The notes under the pieces were generated by a model. The model made no database searches and had not been told where the DNA came from. It worked only from the letters and a program-made list of their open reading frames with translations. Shown here in pieces: positions 20,504 to 30,229 of a stretch of DNA of 61,749 bases; the first letter of the stretch is position 1; every line of letters starts with the position of its first letter. The DNA lies in contig WAPW01000045.1 of the NCBI GenBank assembly GCA_015520565.1, positions 1-61,749 of the forward strand, in the 5' to 3' direction. The translations under genes were made by a program, and so were the position numbers. The DNA is from Aciduliprofundum sp. GTDB taxonomy: Archaea > Thermoplasmatota > Thermoplasmata > Thermoplasmatales > Aciduliprofundaceae.

Positions 20504-21203
20504 AACCCTTAGTATCCACGATTAATGGATAGTAATCCGAAGAGTGTTTAACCCCTCTTATTTTTATTATTGATATGTATCTTCCCAAAGTCCTGCCTAT
20601 CCTCTCCATAGAGAGATGTATTATGCAATCCGCTAAGAAACCTTCAACATCGTAAGTGCCAAATTGCATGGAATTATATGATGTTTCTGAAATGGCTAAT
20701 GTAGTTGCACCTAATTCTCTCATGGCTTCAAAGAGGAAAAATAGTTGATTTCTTGGATTTTTCAAGTTAGAAATGGCATACAGGGCGTTGAGAGAATCTA
20801 AAATTACAAAATCCAATTTTTTGTTCTTTGCAAACTCTTTTACAGGATTGATTATGGCGTTAATCCAATTTATATCTTCTTGTCTTCCAGCGTCTTTTAC
20901 TATCCTCCTCATCAATCCCCAGTCAAATATATTAAACTCACAGTTCTTTGGTAATTTATCTATATCCATCCCCAAGCTAAGCATTTGATTAATTAAGCTC
21001 TCTCTGCTCTGCTCTAAGGAAATGTAAACAACATTTCCCTCTTTTTTGTCTTTTAGATAATTGTAGGCAATGTAGAAGCTAAAACTTGATTTCATACTTC
21101 CCGTAGGCCCTGATATTAATATTACAGAGCCCTTAGGTATTCCACCTTCTATTCGCTCATCTAGCCCCTTAACATAGGTGTTTATAAACTCCATCCTACT
21201 CAC
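20484..21203 (-). CDS. Single-domain KaiC/RAD55-like ATPase
   Basis: GLDERIEGGIPKGSVILISGPTGSMKSS, YISLEQ, ILDSL, FLADCII, IKIRG. Confidence 0.9.
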   Translation of the reverse strand: MSRMEFINTYVKGLDERIEGGIPKGSVILISGPTGSMKSSFSFYIAYNYLKDKKEGNVVYISLEQSRESLINQMLSLGMDIDKLPKNCEFNIFDWGLMRRIVKDAGRQEDINWINAIINPVKEFAKNKKLDFVILDSLNALYAISNLKNPRNQLFFLFEAMRELGATTLAISETSYNSMQFGTYDVEGFLADCIIHLSMERIGRTLGRYISIIKIRGVKHSSDYYPLIVDTKGFRIISH

Positions 21204-21444
21204 CTATCTCAAATTTTAAAGAATTTAAAAGCTCTTTATATGTTTTATCAGCAAGCTCCTCCCCTGCAAATCTTTCAATAAATTTCTTAATCTCTTCACT
21301 CATAATTCTTGCATACTCCTTCTCCCCAAGGTCATTTCTGTTAATTTTCTTTTTACTAACTTCAACTATTATTTCGCTTAAATTGCCAAATATTGGGTAT
21401 AGCGTTTTTTCAATTTTTAAATCAATTAGGTCTTTTGAATCCAT
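21196..21444 (-). CDS. Small helical hypothetical protein, coupled to the KaiC-like gene
   Basis: 82 aa ORF overlapping the KaiC start; amphipathic helices with IFG...RFAGEELA pattern. Confidence 0.6.
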   Translation of the reverse strand: MDSKDLIDLKIEKTLYPIFGNLSEIIVEVSKKKINRNDLGEKEYARIMSEEIKKFIERFAGEELADKTYKELLNSLKFEIGE

Positions 21445-21530
21445 TGTTTAATATAAGTGATAGAATGTATATAAAATTTGTGTGTGGGTAAATTTATAAA
21501 TATTCAGAATATTACGCCGCTGGTGATTAG

Positions 21531-22532
21531 ATGAGAATAAAATTTGAAAATGGTACCAAGGAAATGCGTGCAGTTTGGTTTGAGGATGGAATTGTGAAGC
21601 TCATAGACCAGCGTAAGTTGCCTGCAGAGTTTGAGATATTTGAAGCAAAGACAACGGAGGAAGTGGCTTATGCTATTAAGGAGATGGTTGTTCGTGGAGC
21701 TCCCGCGATAGGTATAACCGCTGCCTATGGTATGGCTCAGGCATTTTTGCAGGGGAGAAATGTGGATGAAGCTTTTGAAATTCTCAAGAATACTAGGCCC
21801 ACGGCCCATGATTTATTCTATGCCCTTCGTACAATGAGAGATGCCATAAATTCTGGAGAGGATGCAGTTAAAAAAGCGGAAGAGTATGCGAATGACATAA
21901 TAGGAAGGTGCGAGAAGATTGGTGAGTATGGAGAGAAATTGATAAAGGATGGATATAAAATTTTGACGCATTGCAACGCTGGAGCTTTGGCTGTGGGAGA
22001 TTGGGGTACTGCCACAGCGCCTCTTCGTAAGGCACATAGGAATGGAAAGAAGATATTCGTATGGGTGGATGAAACTCGTCCAAGATTGCAGGGTGCACGC
22101 TTAACAGCATGGGAGATGGTACAAGAGGGCATTGAGCATGCAGTAATAGCAGATAATGCAGCTGGCTTCTTCATGCGTAAGGGCGAAGTGGATATGGTTA
22201 TTGTGGGTGCGGATAGAATCACAAGCAATGGTGATGTGGCAAATAAGATAGGAACTTACGAAAAGGCAGTGGTGGCTAAGGAGAATGGGATACCTTTCTA
22301 TGTAGCAGCACCCATAAGCACATTTGATTTCTCCTTGGAAAATGGGGATCAGATACCTATTGAAGAGAGGAGAGAGGAGGAAGTTTTATTTTGTAGAGAA
22401 TGCAGAATTGCACCACAAGATAGCCATGCTAGAAATCCTGCCTTTGATGTTACGCCTGCAAAGTATATCACGGGGATAATCACCGAGAAAGGGGTATTCA
22501 AGCCAGAGGAAATATGGAAATTGAAAAGATAA
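21531..22532 (+). CDS. mtnA: S-methyl-5-thioribose-1-phosphate isomerase (eIF2B-like family)
   Basis: IDQRKLP, MVVRGAPAIG, RPTA, THCNAGALA, DETRPRLQGARLT, NPAFDVTP. Confidence 0.9.
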   Translation: MRIKFENGTKEMRAVWFEDGIVKLIDQRKLPAEFEIFEAKTTEEVAYAIKEMVVRGAPAIGITAAYGMAQAFLQGRNVDEAFEILKNTRPTAHDLFYALRTMRDAINSGEDAVKKAEEYANDIIGRCEKIGEYGEKLIKDGYKILTHCNAGALAVGDWGTATAPLRKAHRNGKKIFVWVDETRPRLQGARLTAWEMVQEGIEHAVIADNAAGFFMRKGEVDMVIVGADRITSNGDVANKIGTYEKAVVAKENGIPFYVAAPISTFDFSLENGDQIPIEERREEEVLFCRECRIAPQDSHARNPAFDVTPAKYITGIITEKGVFKPEEIWKLKR

Positions 22533-22534
22533 AT

Positions 22535-23653
22535 TTACCAAAATTTTCCATTCATTTCTATGGGTATCGGGCATTGCACTATTTTTCTCCACCACAGGCA
22601 ATCTCCGCAGCTTGGCTCATTTCCCCAACAATCTGTCTTAGTATCTTGCGCAAAACTGCAGGAATTCGCCAATGGGCAATCTGTGCATGATGGGAACAGA
22701 GAATTTTTAACGGCAAATCTGAACCATGTGTAATCTCTAGAGGTCCATATTTCTTTCAATGATTTATTCTTCACATTACCAAAAGAGTGAGAATATACCT
22801 TCTTCTCTCTGCCTAAAACATATTCTGGATATGTGTGCAAGAATCTGTAGCAAGGGCTGACCTCTCCATCCCATCTCACCACCGCTACTTTATTCTCTAC
22901 GAAATCACAATGCCTCTCGGTGCGAAGCTTAAACTCTGGAACTCTGAGCAAGAAGCCAGAATATGCGTGATTGTAAAGCTCATCTAAGTATGGCTCCATA
23001 TCAACACTCCCATCATAGACAATTTGCTTTGCATGCTCCTTGGTTATGGGTATCAAATTTGATATTAGCAGGGAATTTATCCCATAATTTGCCAAGTACT
23101 CCGCAATTTTTCCCAAAAGCTTATAATTCTCTTTGGTAACTACAACCTCTACCCCAATATGTGGCAGTTCTGTATTTTTTCTCTCCTTTATCTCCGCTAG
23201 TTTTTTCAACCGATCCACAGTTATACCGGGCATTATATGGCCAATTTCAGTGGGTTGCACAGGTATTGAATCTAATGAAATGTAAATCAAGTCAACTCCT
23301 AGCTCTACGAGCTTTTCCATTCTATCTTGAGTTAGCAAGAATCCATTGGTTGATATACCCACCCCGAGCTCTCTATTTTTTACATCTTCAACCATTCGCA
23401 TAAAATCTGGGTGAACTGTGGGCTCGCCAATTCCTCCGAAATAGAGCATTTTTAAATCTGGGAATTCTTTAGCATCATCTAAAATTTTTAAAAATAGCTC
23501 GTAGGGCATATCTCCCTCTTCATCTTCCCAGTACTGCTTGAAGCACATCTCGCATTTTAAATTGCACCTGTTTGTTATCTCCACAAACAGATACTGCATA
23601 TCTGCTCTTTCGGGAATATGTATTTCAGTTCCATCAAAATTGAAAATGTGCAT
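22535..23653 (-). CDS. Radical SAM/SPASM maturase associated with tungsten oxidoreductases
   Basis: CNLKCEMC; GGIGEP; C-terminal Cys cluster (CTDC...C...CWGNEPSCGDC); downstream of aor-moaD. Confidence 0.85.
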   Translation of the reverse strand: MHIFNFDGTEIHIPERADMQYLFVEITNRCNLKCEMCFKQYWEDEEGDMPYELFLKILDDAKEFPDLKMLYFGGIGEPTVHPDFMRMVEDVKNRELGVGISTNGFLLTQDRMEKLVELGVDLIYISLDSIPVQPTEIGHIMPGITVDRLKKLAEIKERKNTELPHIGVEVVVTKENYKLLGKIAEYLANYGINSLLISNLIPITKEHAKQIVYDGSVDMEPYLDELYNHAYSGFLLRVPEFKLRTERHCDFVENKVAVVRWDGEVSPCYRFLHTYPEYVLGREKKVYSHSFGNVKNKSLKEIWTSRDYTWFRFAVKNSLFPSCTDCPLANSCSFAQDTKTDCWGNEPSCGDCLWWRKIVQCPIPIEMNGKFW

Positions 23654-23914
23654 TCATCCTCCCCCTGCTGGTGGAAATATGCTTATCGTATCCTCCTCTC
23701 TTACCTTCGTTTTCAATCCTTCTAAATGCTTTATATTCTTCCCATTTACCAAGATCATACTTCTCTCCCTTAGCTCTTTTCTAAATTCTTCTCCATACTC
23801 TCTGTAAAGGGTATTTAATACATCTTCCACGGTATCTCCCTTTATAATTTCTTCTCTCTTTCCCGTAATTTCCCTAAGTGTTGCAAAGAACTTAACTTTT
23901 GGCATAGAAATCAA
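23654..23914 (-). CDS. MoaD/ThiS (SAMP) ubiquitin-like sulfur carrier
   Basis: VKFFATLRE, ILVNG, C-terminal FPPAGGG; likely start is MPKVKF. Confidence 0.92.
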   Translation of the reverse strand: MISMPKVKFFATLREITGKREEIIKGDTVEDVLNTLYREYGEEFRKELRERSMILVNGKNIKHLEGLKTKVREEDTISIFPPAGGG

Positions 23915-23929
23915 TAAAAAGAGAAAAAT

Positions 23930-25744
23930 TTAAAGGTATTCTTCCAAGCCAAGCTCTTTTATCTTCTCCTCGCTTATCTCTCCGTTATCTCTCCAGCCCC
24001 TTAGGGCATAGTAGCGTGGAAGCATCTCTTTCAGGCGCACAACATGGCCTTTATTTGGCCCCTCTGGCATTGGCTCATCGGTTAGGCGCTTGGGGAGTGT
24101 ATCCTCCTCAGCAGTCAGTCCTGCCTTTAAGTTGAACAGATGCTCAGCGTTCCATATGCGCTCTCCAATCTTTAAGTATTCCTCTGTGCTCAAATCCCAG
24201 CCCATTGCAGCGTTGAGCATATCTCTGTAATCATCTGCAACCAAGCCAAATGTGGTAAATACACACAATCCAGCTGCGTCTATAACGGCTGTTAAATCTT
24301 GGAAGAGGATGAGCATCTTTACTTTCTCATCGCTTATGTCGTGGGGATCCATCTTCACCGGGTATCCGAGGATTTCAGGGCTTATCATATACGCTTTTAT
24401 ATGGTCTCCTCCACGATTGTCTGTGGCATAGCCCAAGCCATGGCCTTCTGCACCCCTTGGGTCATAGGCTGGCAATTCTTGCTTTTTCACTCCCATAAAT
24501 GCGTCAATGTATCCATAACTCTCTGCTAATCTATATCCCCCTTCAGCTAACTTTGCACCAAACCCCTCACGCTTGGCTATCTTTTTAATGTAATAATGTA
24601 GTACTTCCGTATTTCCAAATCTTAATGGTGGAGCGTCTCCCAAATCTTCCTGTTTCAATATACCCCTATCGTAGAGTTCCATGGCGGTTGCTAAAGTGCC
24701 TCCAGTGGATATCGTATCAAGCCCCATCTCATCGCAAATATGGTTTGCCTCAATTATGCTTCCCAAATCGTTTATTCCAAGATGCGCCCCTAGTGCCCAT
24801 AAGCTCTCATACTCAGGCCCTTCCGTTTCGCCCACGGAACTTATAACATTTACTCTCCCACACCCAATGGGGCAGGCATAGCAGGGCTTGTTCTTCTTTA
24901 GATACTTTGCAGCCATTGCCTCTCCGCTCTGCTCCTCTGCGTACTCAAACACTCCACTTCTGAAATTTCTCGTTGGGTACAATCCATTTTGATTTATTAT
25001 GTTTACAAGCACTGCAGTTCCATACTTTGGCAAGCCGCTTCCTGCAACAGGGTCATTCTTCAATTTGTTAATCTTCTCCTTAACAACACTTATGAATTTT
25101 TGCCTATCCGCTAAAGGAGTTTTCTTATGTCCACGCACTATAATTGCCTTTAATTTCTTACTTCCCATTACTGCTCCTACGCCTCCTCTTGCTGCTGCCC
25201 TATGGCCATTGTTCATAATGGCTGAGAATTTTACAAGGTTCTCTCCAGCAGGGCCTATTGATGCAATCTGGGCATGCTTGTCTCCGAATTCTTCCAATAG
25301 AATTCTCTCTGTCTCACTTACTTTCTTGCCCCATATATGCGATGCATCCTTTATCTCTATATCATCATCTTTAATTGATATGTACACTGGATTCTCGCTC
25401 TTTCCCTCAACTATGAGATAATCCCATCCGGCAAATTTTAGCTCTGCACCGAAAAATCCACCAGAGTTTGACATTGCAATGTATCCTGTGAGGGGGCTCT
25501 TTGTTATCACCATATACCTTCCGCCAGTTGGCGCTGCAGTTCCAGTCAATGGGCCTGTTGAGTATATAATTTTATTTCCCTCGCTCAATGGATCTACTTT
25601 TGGGTCAATCTCTTTCAAAAGGGTATGTATTCCAAAGCCCCTTGTACCAAGCCATTTTTTTGCAAAATCCTCATCAATCTTTTCCACGGATATTTTTCCT
25701 GTGGATAAATTTATTCTTGCTATTTTTCCATGGTACCCATACAT
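23930..25744 (-). CDS. aor: Tungsten-containing aldehyde:ferredoxin oxidoreductase
   Basis: MYGYHGKIARINLS; CYACPIGC; GPEYE; DEMGLDTIS; YDPRG; SD GGAGGT precedes ATG at 25744. Confidence 0.95.
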   Translation of the reverse strand: MYGYHGKIARINLSTGKISVEKIDEDFAKKWLGTRGFGIHTLLKEIDPKVDPLSEGNKIIYSTGPLTGTAAPTGGRYMVITKSPLTGYIAMSNSGGFFGAELKFAGWDYLIVEGKSENPVYISIKDDDIEIKDASHIWGKKVSETERILLEEFGDKHAQIASIGPAGENLVKFSAIMNNGHRAAARGGVGAVMGSKKLKAIIVRGHKKTPLADRQKFISVVKEKINKLKNDPVAGSGLPKYGTAVLVNIINQNGLYPTRNFRSGVFEYAEEQSGEAMAAKYLKKNKPCYACPIGCGRVNVISSVGETEGPEYESLWALGAHLGINDLGSIIEANHICDEMGLDTISTGGTLATAMELYDRGILKQEDLGDAPPLRFGNTEVLHYYIKKIAKREGFGAKLAEGGYRLAESYGYIDAFMGVKKQELPAYDPRGAEGHGLGYATDNRGGDHIKAYMISPEILGYPVKMDPHDISDEKVKMLILFQDLTAVIDAAGLCVFTTFGLVADDYRDMLNAAMGWDLSTEEYLKIGERIWNAEHLFNLKAGLTAEEDTLPKRLTDEPMPEGPNKGHVVRLKEMLPRYYALRGWRDNGEISEEKIKELGLEEYL

Positions 25745-25827
25745 TTTATTACCTCCAAATGAATTTACAGCAAAATGATATTTAAAAATTTCTAATTTAA
25801 TATTGTTATGCTTAAAAAAACACAACG

Positions 25828-27024
25828 CTATATTTTCATAGCCTCACCGGATTTCTTTGCAGCATATTGAGTACCCAATGGAGATACTATCTGGAATATT
25901 GCCGTGGTAACTGCAATTTGTGTTATTACTATTGCACCAAGGTATGTACCACCAAGCTCATGGGCAGCATCTGCAGCTAATCCCACCGCCACACCTGCTT
26001 GATTTAGAAGTGCTATACCCAAATACTTTTTAAGTTTCTCTTCTCCTTTTGCTAACCAGGATCCAAGGCTACATCCCATAATTTTCCCTACACTTCTGCC
26101 AGCGCAATATACTATGGCAACAGCCCAAGTAGCAGCTAACAAGGTGAAATTTATCTCCATGCCTATGGCTCCAAAGAATAGGATGTAAACGGGGGTCATT
26201 ATTGAATCAATTGCCTTATAGCTGCTTATTCCAAGCTGTTCGTTCATATTTACAACAACCATCCCTATTGCCATCGCGGTTAGTATGGGAGATACTCCCA
26301 AAACTGAGGCAAGGCCCCAACCAAGAAGTGCAACTGCAGCTCCTAAAATTAAATTTTGCTCAGGAGTGAAAGATTTTTTCTTACCAACATAACCGAATAG
26401 AAAGCCAAGGGCTCCACCGAGTATGAACGCTCCAAATATTTCCCAGAGAGCGTGGATTATGGATGCACCAATGGTAACATGATAGCCCAGTAATCCCTTT
26501 GTCCAAATTATGCCAATCACATACATTATTATGCCTGCAGCATCATCCAAGCCAACAACTGCTGTGGCTACATCTGTCAATATTCCATGGGATGATAGAG
26601 AACGGAAAACGGCAATTGTGCCCGCTGGAGCTGTTGCTGGAGCTAGAGAGCCAAGAAGTACTGCAAGTGCTAAATTTCGGGTAAATGCATATACGAAGAG
26701 CATTACAACCACAGAAGTTACTATAACCTCTACAATGAGTATAATCATTACTTTCTTTCCCATTCTCTTTAAAAAACTTCTTGAGAAACTAAGGCCTACT
26801 ATGTAGCCAACTAGAGATAGAGTAACTCCAGTAACTATATTGAAAAATTCAGGCGATGATTTAAATCCAATTACTGTGAGAAGTAGTCCCGCAAAGAGAT
26901 ATGCGAGGACATCGGTAAGATGAACTCTTCTAAAAAGATAGCCAAAGAATAGTCCCAGTATCATTAATAGCCCAACCATTAGGTATATGGTGCCCGGGCC
27001 ACTAGTCACTGAGCTAAACCACAT
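25828..27024 (-). CDS. Cation:proton antiporter (CPA family)
   Basis: ATAPAGT, GLDDA, RSVGK, QAGVAVGLA; many TM helices. Confidence 0.85.
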   Translation of the reverse strand: MWFSSVTSGPGTIYLMVGLLMILGLFFGYLFRRVHLTDVLAYLFAGLLLTVIGFKSSPEFFNIVTGVTLSLVGYIVGLSFSRSFLKRMGKKVMIILIVEVIVTSVVVMLFVYAFTRNLALAVLLGSLAPATAPAGTIAVFRSLSSHGILTDVATAVVGLDDAAGIIMYVIGIIWTKGLLGYHVTIGASIIHALWEIFGAFILGGALGFLFGYVGKKKSFTPEQNLILGAAVALLGWGLASVLGVSPILTAMAIGMVVVNMNEQLGISSYKAIDSIMTPVYILFFGAIGMEINFTLLAATWAVAIVYCAGRSVGKIMGCSLGSWLAKGEEKLKKYLGIALLNQAGVAVGLAADAAHELGGTYLGAIVITQIAVTTAIFQIVSPLGTQYAAKKSGEAMKI

Positions 27025-27066
27025 TGTAAAAGTATATTGCCTTATTTACCTTAAACTTTTTGGAAA

Positions 27067-28419
27067 TTATAGATTTGTTATTATCTCCTCAAGCAAATTT
27101 TTGTATTTGTTTAATTTTTCCTTTAGAATATTCTCATCTTTTGCCTCCGCATATATCCTGTAAATTGGCTCTGTTCCAGATGGGCGGATTAGAACCCACC
27201 AGTCCTTGCCCTTAATCTTTACACCATCCAATGTATTTACATTCTCCCCTTTTACTCTTTCTTTTAATTCTTCTAGCACTTTTTCTTTCTTCTCATTCTC
27301 GCACTCCACGCTTATCTTCATCTGCTTGTATTGTGGGAGCTCATCCACTAACTCGCTCAAATTTTTTTCCTTCTTTGCCAAGATTTCAAGGAGCTTGGCT
27401 AAGGCCATGGCCCCATCTCTGCAGTACTGATGCTCTGGAAATATTAGGCCTCCGTTTTCCTCTCCTCCAAATACGGCATCTTCTTCAATCATCTTTCTTG
27501 CCACTATTGGAGCGCCTACCTTCGTATAAACTACCTCTCCCCCTTCATTCTTAACAACTTCCTCAAGAGCAAGAGAGGAGCTTACTGGAGTTACAACTAT
27601 ACCCTTTTTCTCCCTTACAATTTCCCTAGCAACTAAAGCTAATGTCTTATCCCCGTAGAGATACCTTCCTCTATCATCCACAAATATAGCGCGGTCTGCA
27701 TCTCCATCATGCGCTATTCCTAAATCTGCATTCGTTGCCTTAACCATTTCCACAAGGTCTTTAAGATTCTCTGGCTTTGGCTCGCTGTTGTGCCCGGGAA
27801 ATCTCCCATCTGGCTGGCAATTCAAAGATATGACTTTGCATCCGAGCTTCTCAAGGAGATATGGGGAGGTGAAGCAAGAAGCACCATTTGCACAATCTAA
27901 AACTACTTTGAAATGCTTTTCTTTTATTCTATCCACATCAACTAAGGAAATAATGGAATTTACATACTCTTCATTCGCATCCTCTCTTCTCTTATAATTT
28001 CCAACTTTATCCCATTTCACATTTCTGAACTTGCCTGAAAAGTATATTTTCTCAATTTTCTCCTCCTCATTCCTTGGCAATTCTGTTCCATCTTGAGCTA
28101 TTGCCTTAACTCCGTTGAATTCTGGAGGATTATGACTTGCCGTTATTGCTATTCCAAAATCTCCATGCCTCTTTGTGTAGAGTTGTATTGCAGGAGTTGG
28201 AGCAATGCCTATATCTATTACATTCACCCCTGCTGAAAGGAGCCCCGAGATTACAGCATCTTTCACCATGTTTGCAGAGACCCTTGTATCCGTGCCTAGA
28301 ATAACATTTGAGCTAAGGGGCAAATATGTGCCAATTGCACGCCCCACATTGACCAAGAAATCAGGAGTAAATTCCTCGCCAATCTTGCCGCGAATTCCGT
28401 TGGTACCAAATAAGCGCAT
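27067..28419 (-). CDS. Phosphohexomutase (phosphoglucosamine mutase / PMM-PGM)
   Basis: LFGTNGIRG, TASHNP, DGDADR, GEENGG, RPSGTEP. Confidence 0.93.
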   Translation of the reverse strand: MRLFGTNGIRGKIGEEFTPDFLVNVGRAIGTYLPLSSNVILGTDTRVSANMVKDAVISGLLSAGVNVIDIGIAPTPAIQLYTKRHGDFGIAITASHNPPEFNGVKAIAQDGTELPRNEEEKIEKIYFSGKFRNVKWDKVGNYKRREDANEEYVNSIISLVDVDRIKEKHFKVVLDCANGASCFTSPYLLEKLGCKVISLNCQPDGRFPGHNSEPKPENLKDLVEMVKATNADLGIAHDGDADRAIFVDDRGRYLYGDKTLALVAREIVREKKGIVVTPVSSSLALEEVVKNEGGEVVYTKVGAPIVARKMIEEDAVFGGEENGGLIFPEHQYCRDGAMALAKLLEILAKKEKNLSELVDELPQYKQMKISVECENEKKEKVLEELKERVKGENVNTLDGVKIKGKDWWVLIRPSGTEPIYRIYAEAKDENILKEKLNKYKNLLEEIITNL

Positions 28420-28487
28420 AAGAAAGGATATAAACGGGATAAATAAACTTTACTCACAATTTTTATAGAATATTTCAATATCTACCT

Positions 28488-29846
28488 ATGATCCTCTACA
28501 ATGCTCACATATTTGGAAACGAAGATTATGAATACTTGCTTATAAAAGGTAATAGGATTGAGAAACTAGGGAAGGGAAATTTGCCATCGGAGCCAAGAAA
28601 GATTGATTTGAAAGGAGCTTTAATTCTCCCAGCATTTTGCGATTCTCACACTCATTTGAGCAATATTGCACTTATGCATGGGACATTGGATTTAACGAAT
28701 ATGGGAAGAGAAGAAATTTTGAATATGGTCAAAGAAGAATGCAATAAAAAGAAGATGGTAATTGGCAGGGGCTGGGACGAGAGCTTTTGGAAGGATAAAA
28801 GATACCTTACTAAGGATGAAATTGACAATGTTTGCAAAGATAAAATTGTATTGTTAATCAGGGAAGATGGGCATATGGGAGTTATTAACTCCTACGCTTC
28901 CAAGATTTTCTCTCTTGGCGAGGATGGAATTGTGAAAGAAAAAGAATTGGAAAAAATAATGAAAAAATTGAAAATAGGTGCCACATTTGATTTTGAATAC
29001 GCGCAAAATTATGCCTTGAGTAAAGGTATTGCGTGCGTGCATGATTTTGCTAATACTGATAATCTTAGAGCTTATATGCGAATGCGTAGGGAGGGAAAAT
29101 TAAAGATAAGGGTCTACGCCAATTTTTATTCCTCGGGTTACAAATTGATTAAAAATCTTGGCTTTTACTCAGGATTTGGAGATGAGCATCTTAGAATAGG
29201 CGCTCTAAAGCTCTTCTCAGATGGCTCCATTGGTGCAAAAACTGCGGCTACGCGTTATAGAGATGGAGAGGAAGTAAAGCCGATGCTCTCGGCGAGAAAG
29301 ATAAGAAGAATGGTGAAAAATGCGAACTCAGCGGGAATAAGGGTATTCACCCATGCCATAGGTGATTATGCCATAAAGGAGGTTTTGAGGGGATATGAAG
29401 GGAGCAAGGGAAATAGAATTGAGCATTTTGAATTAGTTAGGAAAGAGTATTTGGATAATTTGGAAGGTGTGAATTTGAGCATGCAGCCAAATTTTCTAAA
29501 ATGGGCAAAGAGAGGGGGACTTTACGAGAGAATGCTTGGGCAAGAATGGTTGAGCAAGAACAATCCATACCGAGATATTTTGGATAGTGGTGCTAATCTT
29601 CTATTTGGCTCAGATTGCATGCCTATGGACCCCTTGTACGGGATAAAAATGGCTGTGAATAGCGAGTATGAGAGCCAGAGGATAAGCTGGGAAGAAGCTG
29701 TGAGGGCATACACCCTTGGTGCAAAGTATTTTGGAAAAGAGTATGGAGAAATAAAAAAGGGAAATGTTGCCGATTTGGTAGTTTTGAAATATGATAAAAT
29801 ATGGATGACCATTATGGATGGAAAAATTATGTATACTTCTCAATGA
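28488..29846 (+). CDS. YtcJ-like metal-dependent amidohydrolase
   Basis: DSHTH, KLFSDGSIGA, HAIGD, RIEH, GSDCMP, ADLVVL. Confidence 0.88.
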   Translation: MILYNAHIFGNEDYEYLLIKGNRIEKLGKGNLPSEPRKIDLKGALILPAFCDSHTHLSNIALMHGTLDLTNMGREEILNMVKEECNKKKMVIGRGWDESFWKDKRYLTKDEIDNVCKDKIVLLIREDGHMGVINSYASKIFSLGEDGIVKEKELEKIMKKLKIGATFDFEYAQNYALSKGIACVHDFANTDNLRAYMRMRREGKLKIRVYANFYSSGYKLIKNLGFYSGFGDEHLRIGALKLFSDGSIGAKTAATRYRDGEEVKPMLSARKIRRMVKNANSAGIRVFTHAIGDYAIKEVLRGYEGSKGNRIEHFELVRKEYLDNLEGVNLSMQPNFLKWAKRGGLYERMLGQEWLSKNNPYRDILDSGANLLFGSDCMPMDPLYGIKMAVNSEYESQRISWEEAVRAYTLGAKYFGKEYGEIKKGNVADLVVLKYDKIWMTIMDGKIMYTSQ

Positions 29847-30174
29847 GGTCCAAAATTTCTCTATACTTAAACGGCTTTTTCAGAACTTCAAGAGCTCCAG
29901 CTTCTAGCATCTTCTCTGCATATTTATCGTGGTACGCTGTTGCTCCAATTATCTTTGCATCCTTATCATATTCTTTTATAACCTTTGTTGCTTCAATTCC
30001 ATCCATAATTGGCATTTTAATGTCCATAATTACAATATCGGGGTTATATTTCATATACAATTCCACTCCTTCTTTTCCATTCTTTGCCGTTATCACCTCA
30101 TACCTTTTCAAAAATATGCTGTATAGCTTTAGCAATTCCTCGTTATCATCAACCAGCAGAATTTTAATTCCCAC
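29827..30174 (-). CDS. Stand-alone response regulator receiver (CheY-like)
   Basis: ILLVDDN, MDIKMPIMDG, ATA, KKPF. Confidence 0.92.
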   Translation of the reverse strand: MGIKILLVDDNEELLKLYSIFLKRYEVITAKNGKEGVELYMKYNPDIVIMDIKMPIMDGIEATKVIKEYDKDAKIIGATAYHDKYAEKMLEAGALEVLKKPFKYREILDLIEKYT

Positions 30175-30229
30175 AATATACCGATTATCTCATGGGATTT
30201 AAAACTTAGCATTATCAATTTTGATAATA

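Noticed and set aside
20484-21203. Circadian clock KaiC
   Set aside because: Single domain only, and no KaiA/KaiB in the window
24395-24430. AOR motif RGGDH where RGGCH is recalled
   Set aside because: The Fe-S ligands (CYACPIGC, GLC), GPEYE and the His are intact; no evidence of inactivation
25745-25825. N-terminal extensions in the ORF track for AOR (and for hutU, the HIT gene and the COG1325 gene)
   Set aside because: Artefacts of longest-ORF calling; SD position or family N-termini support downstream starts
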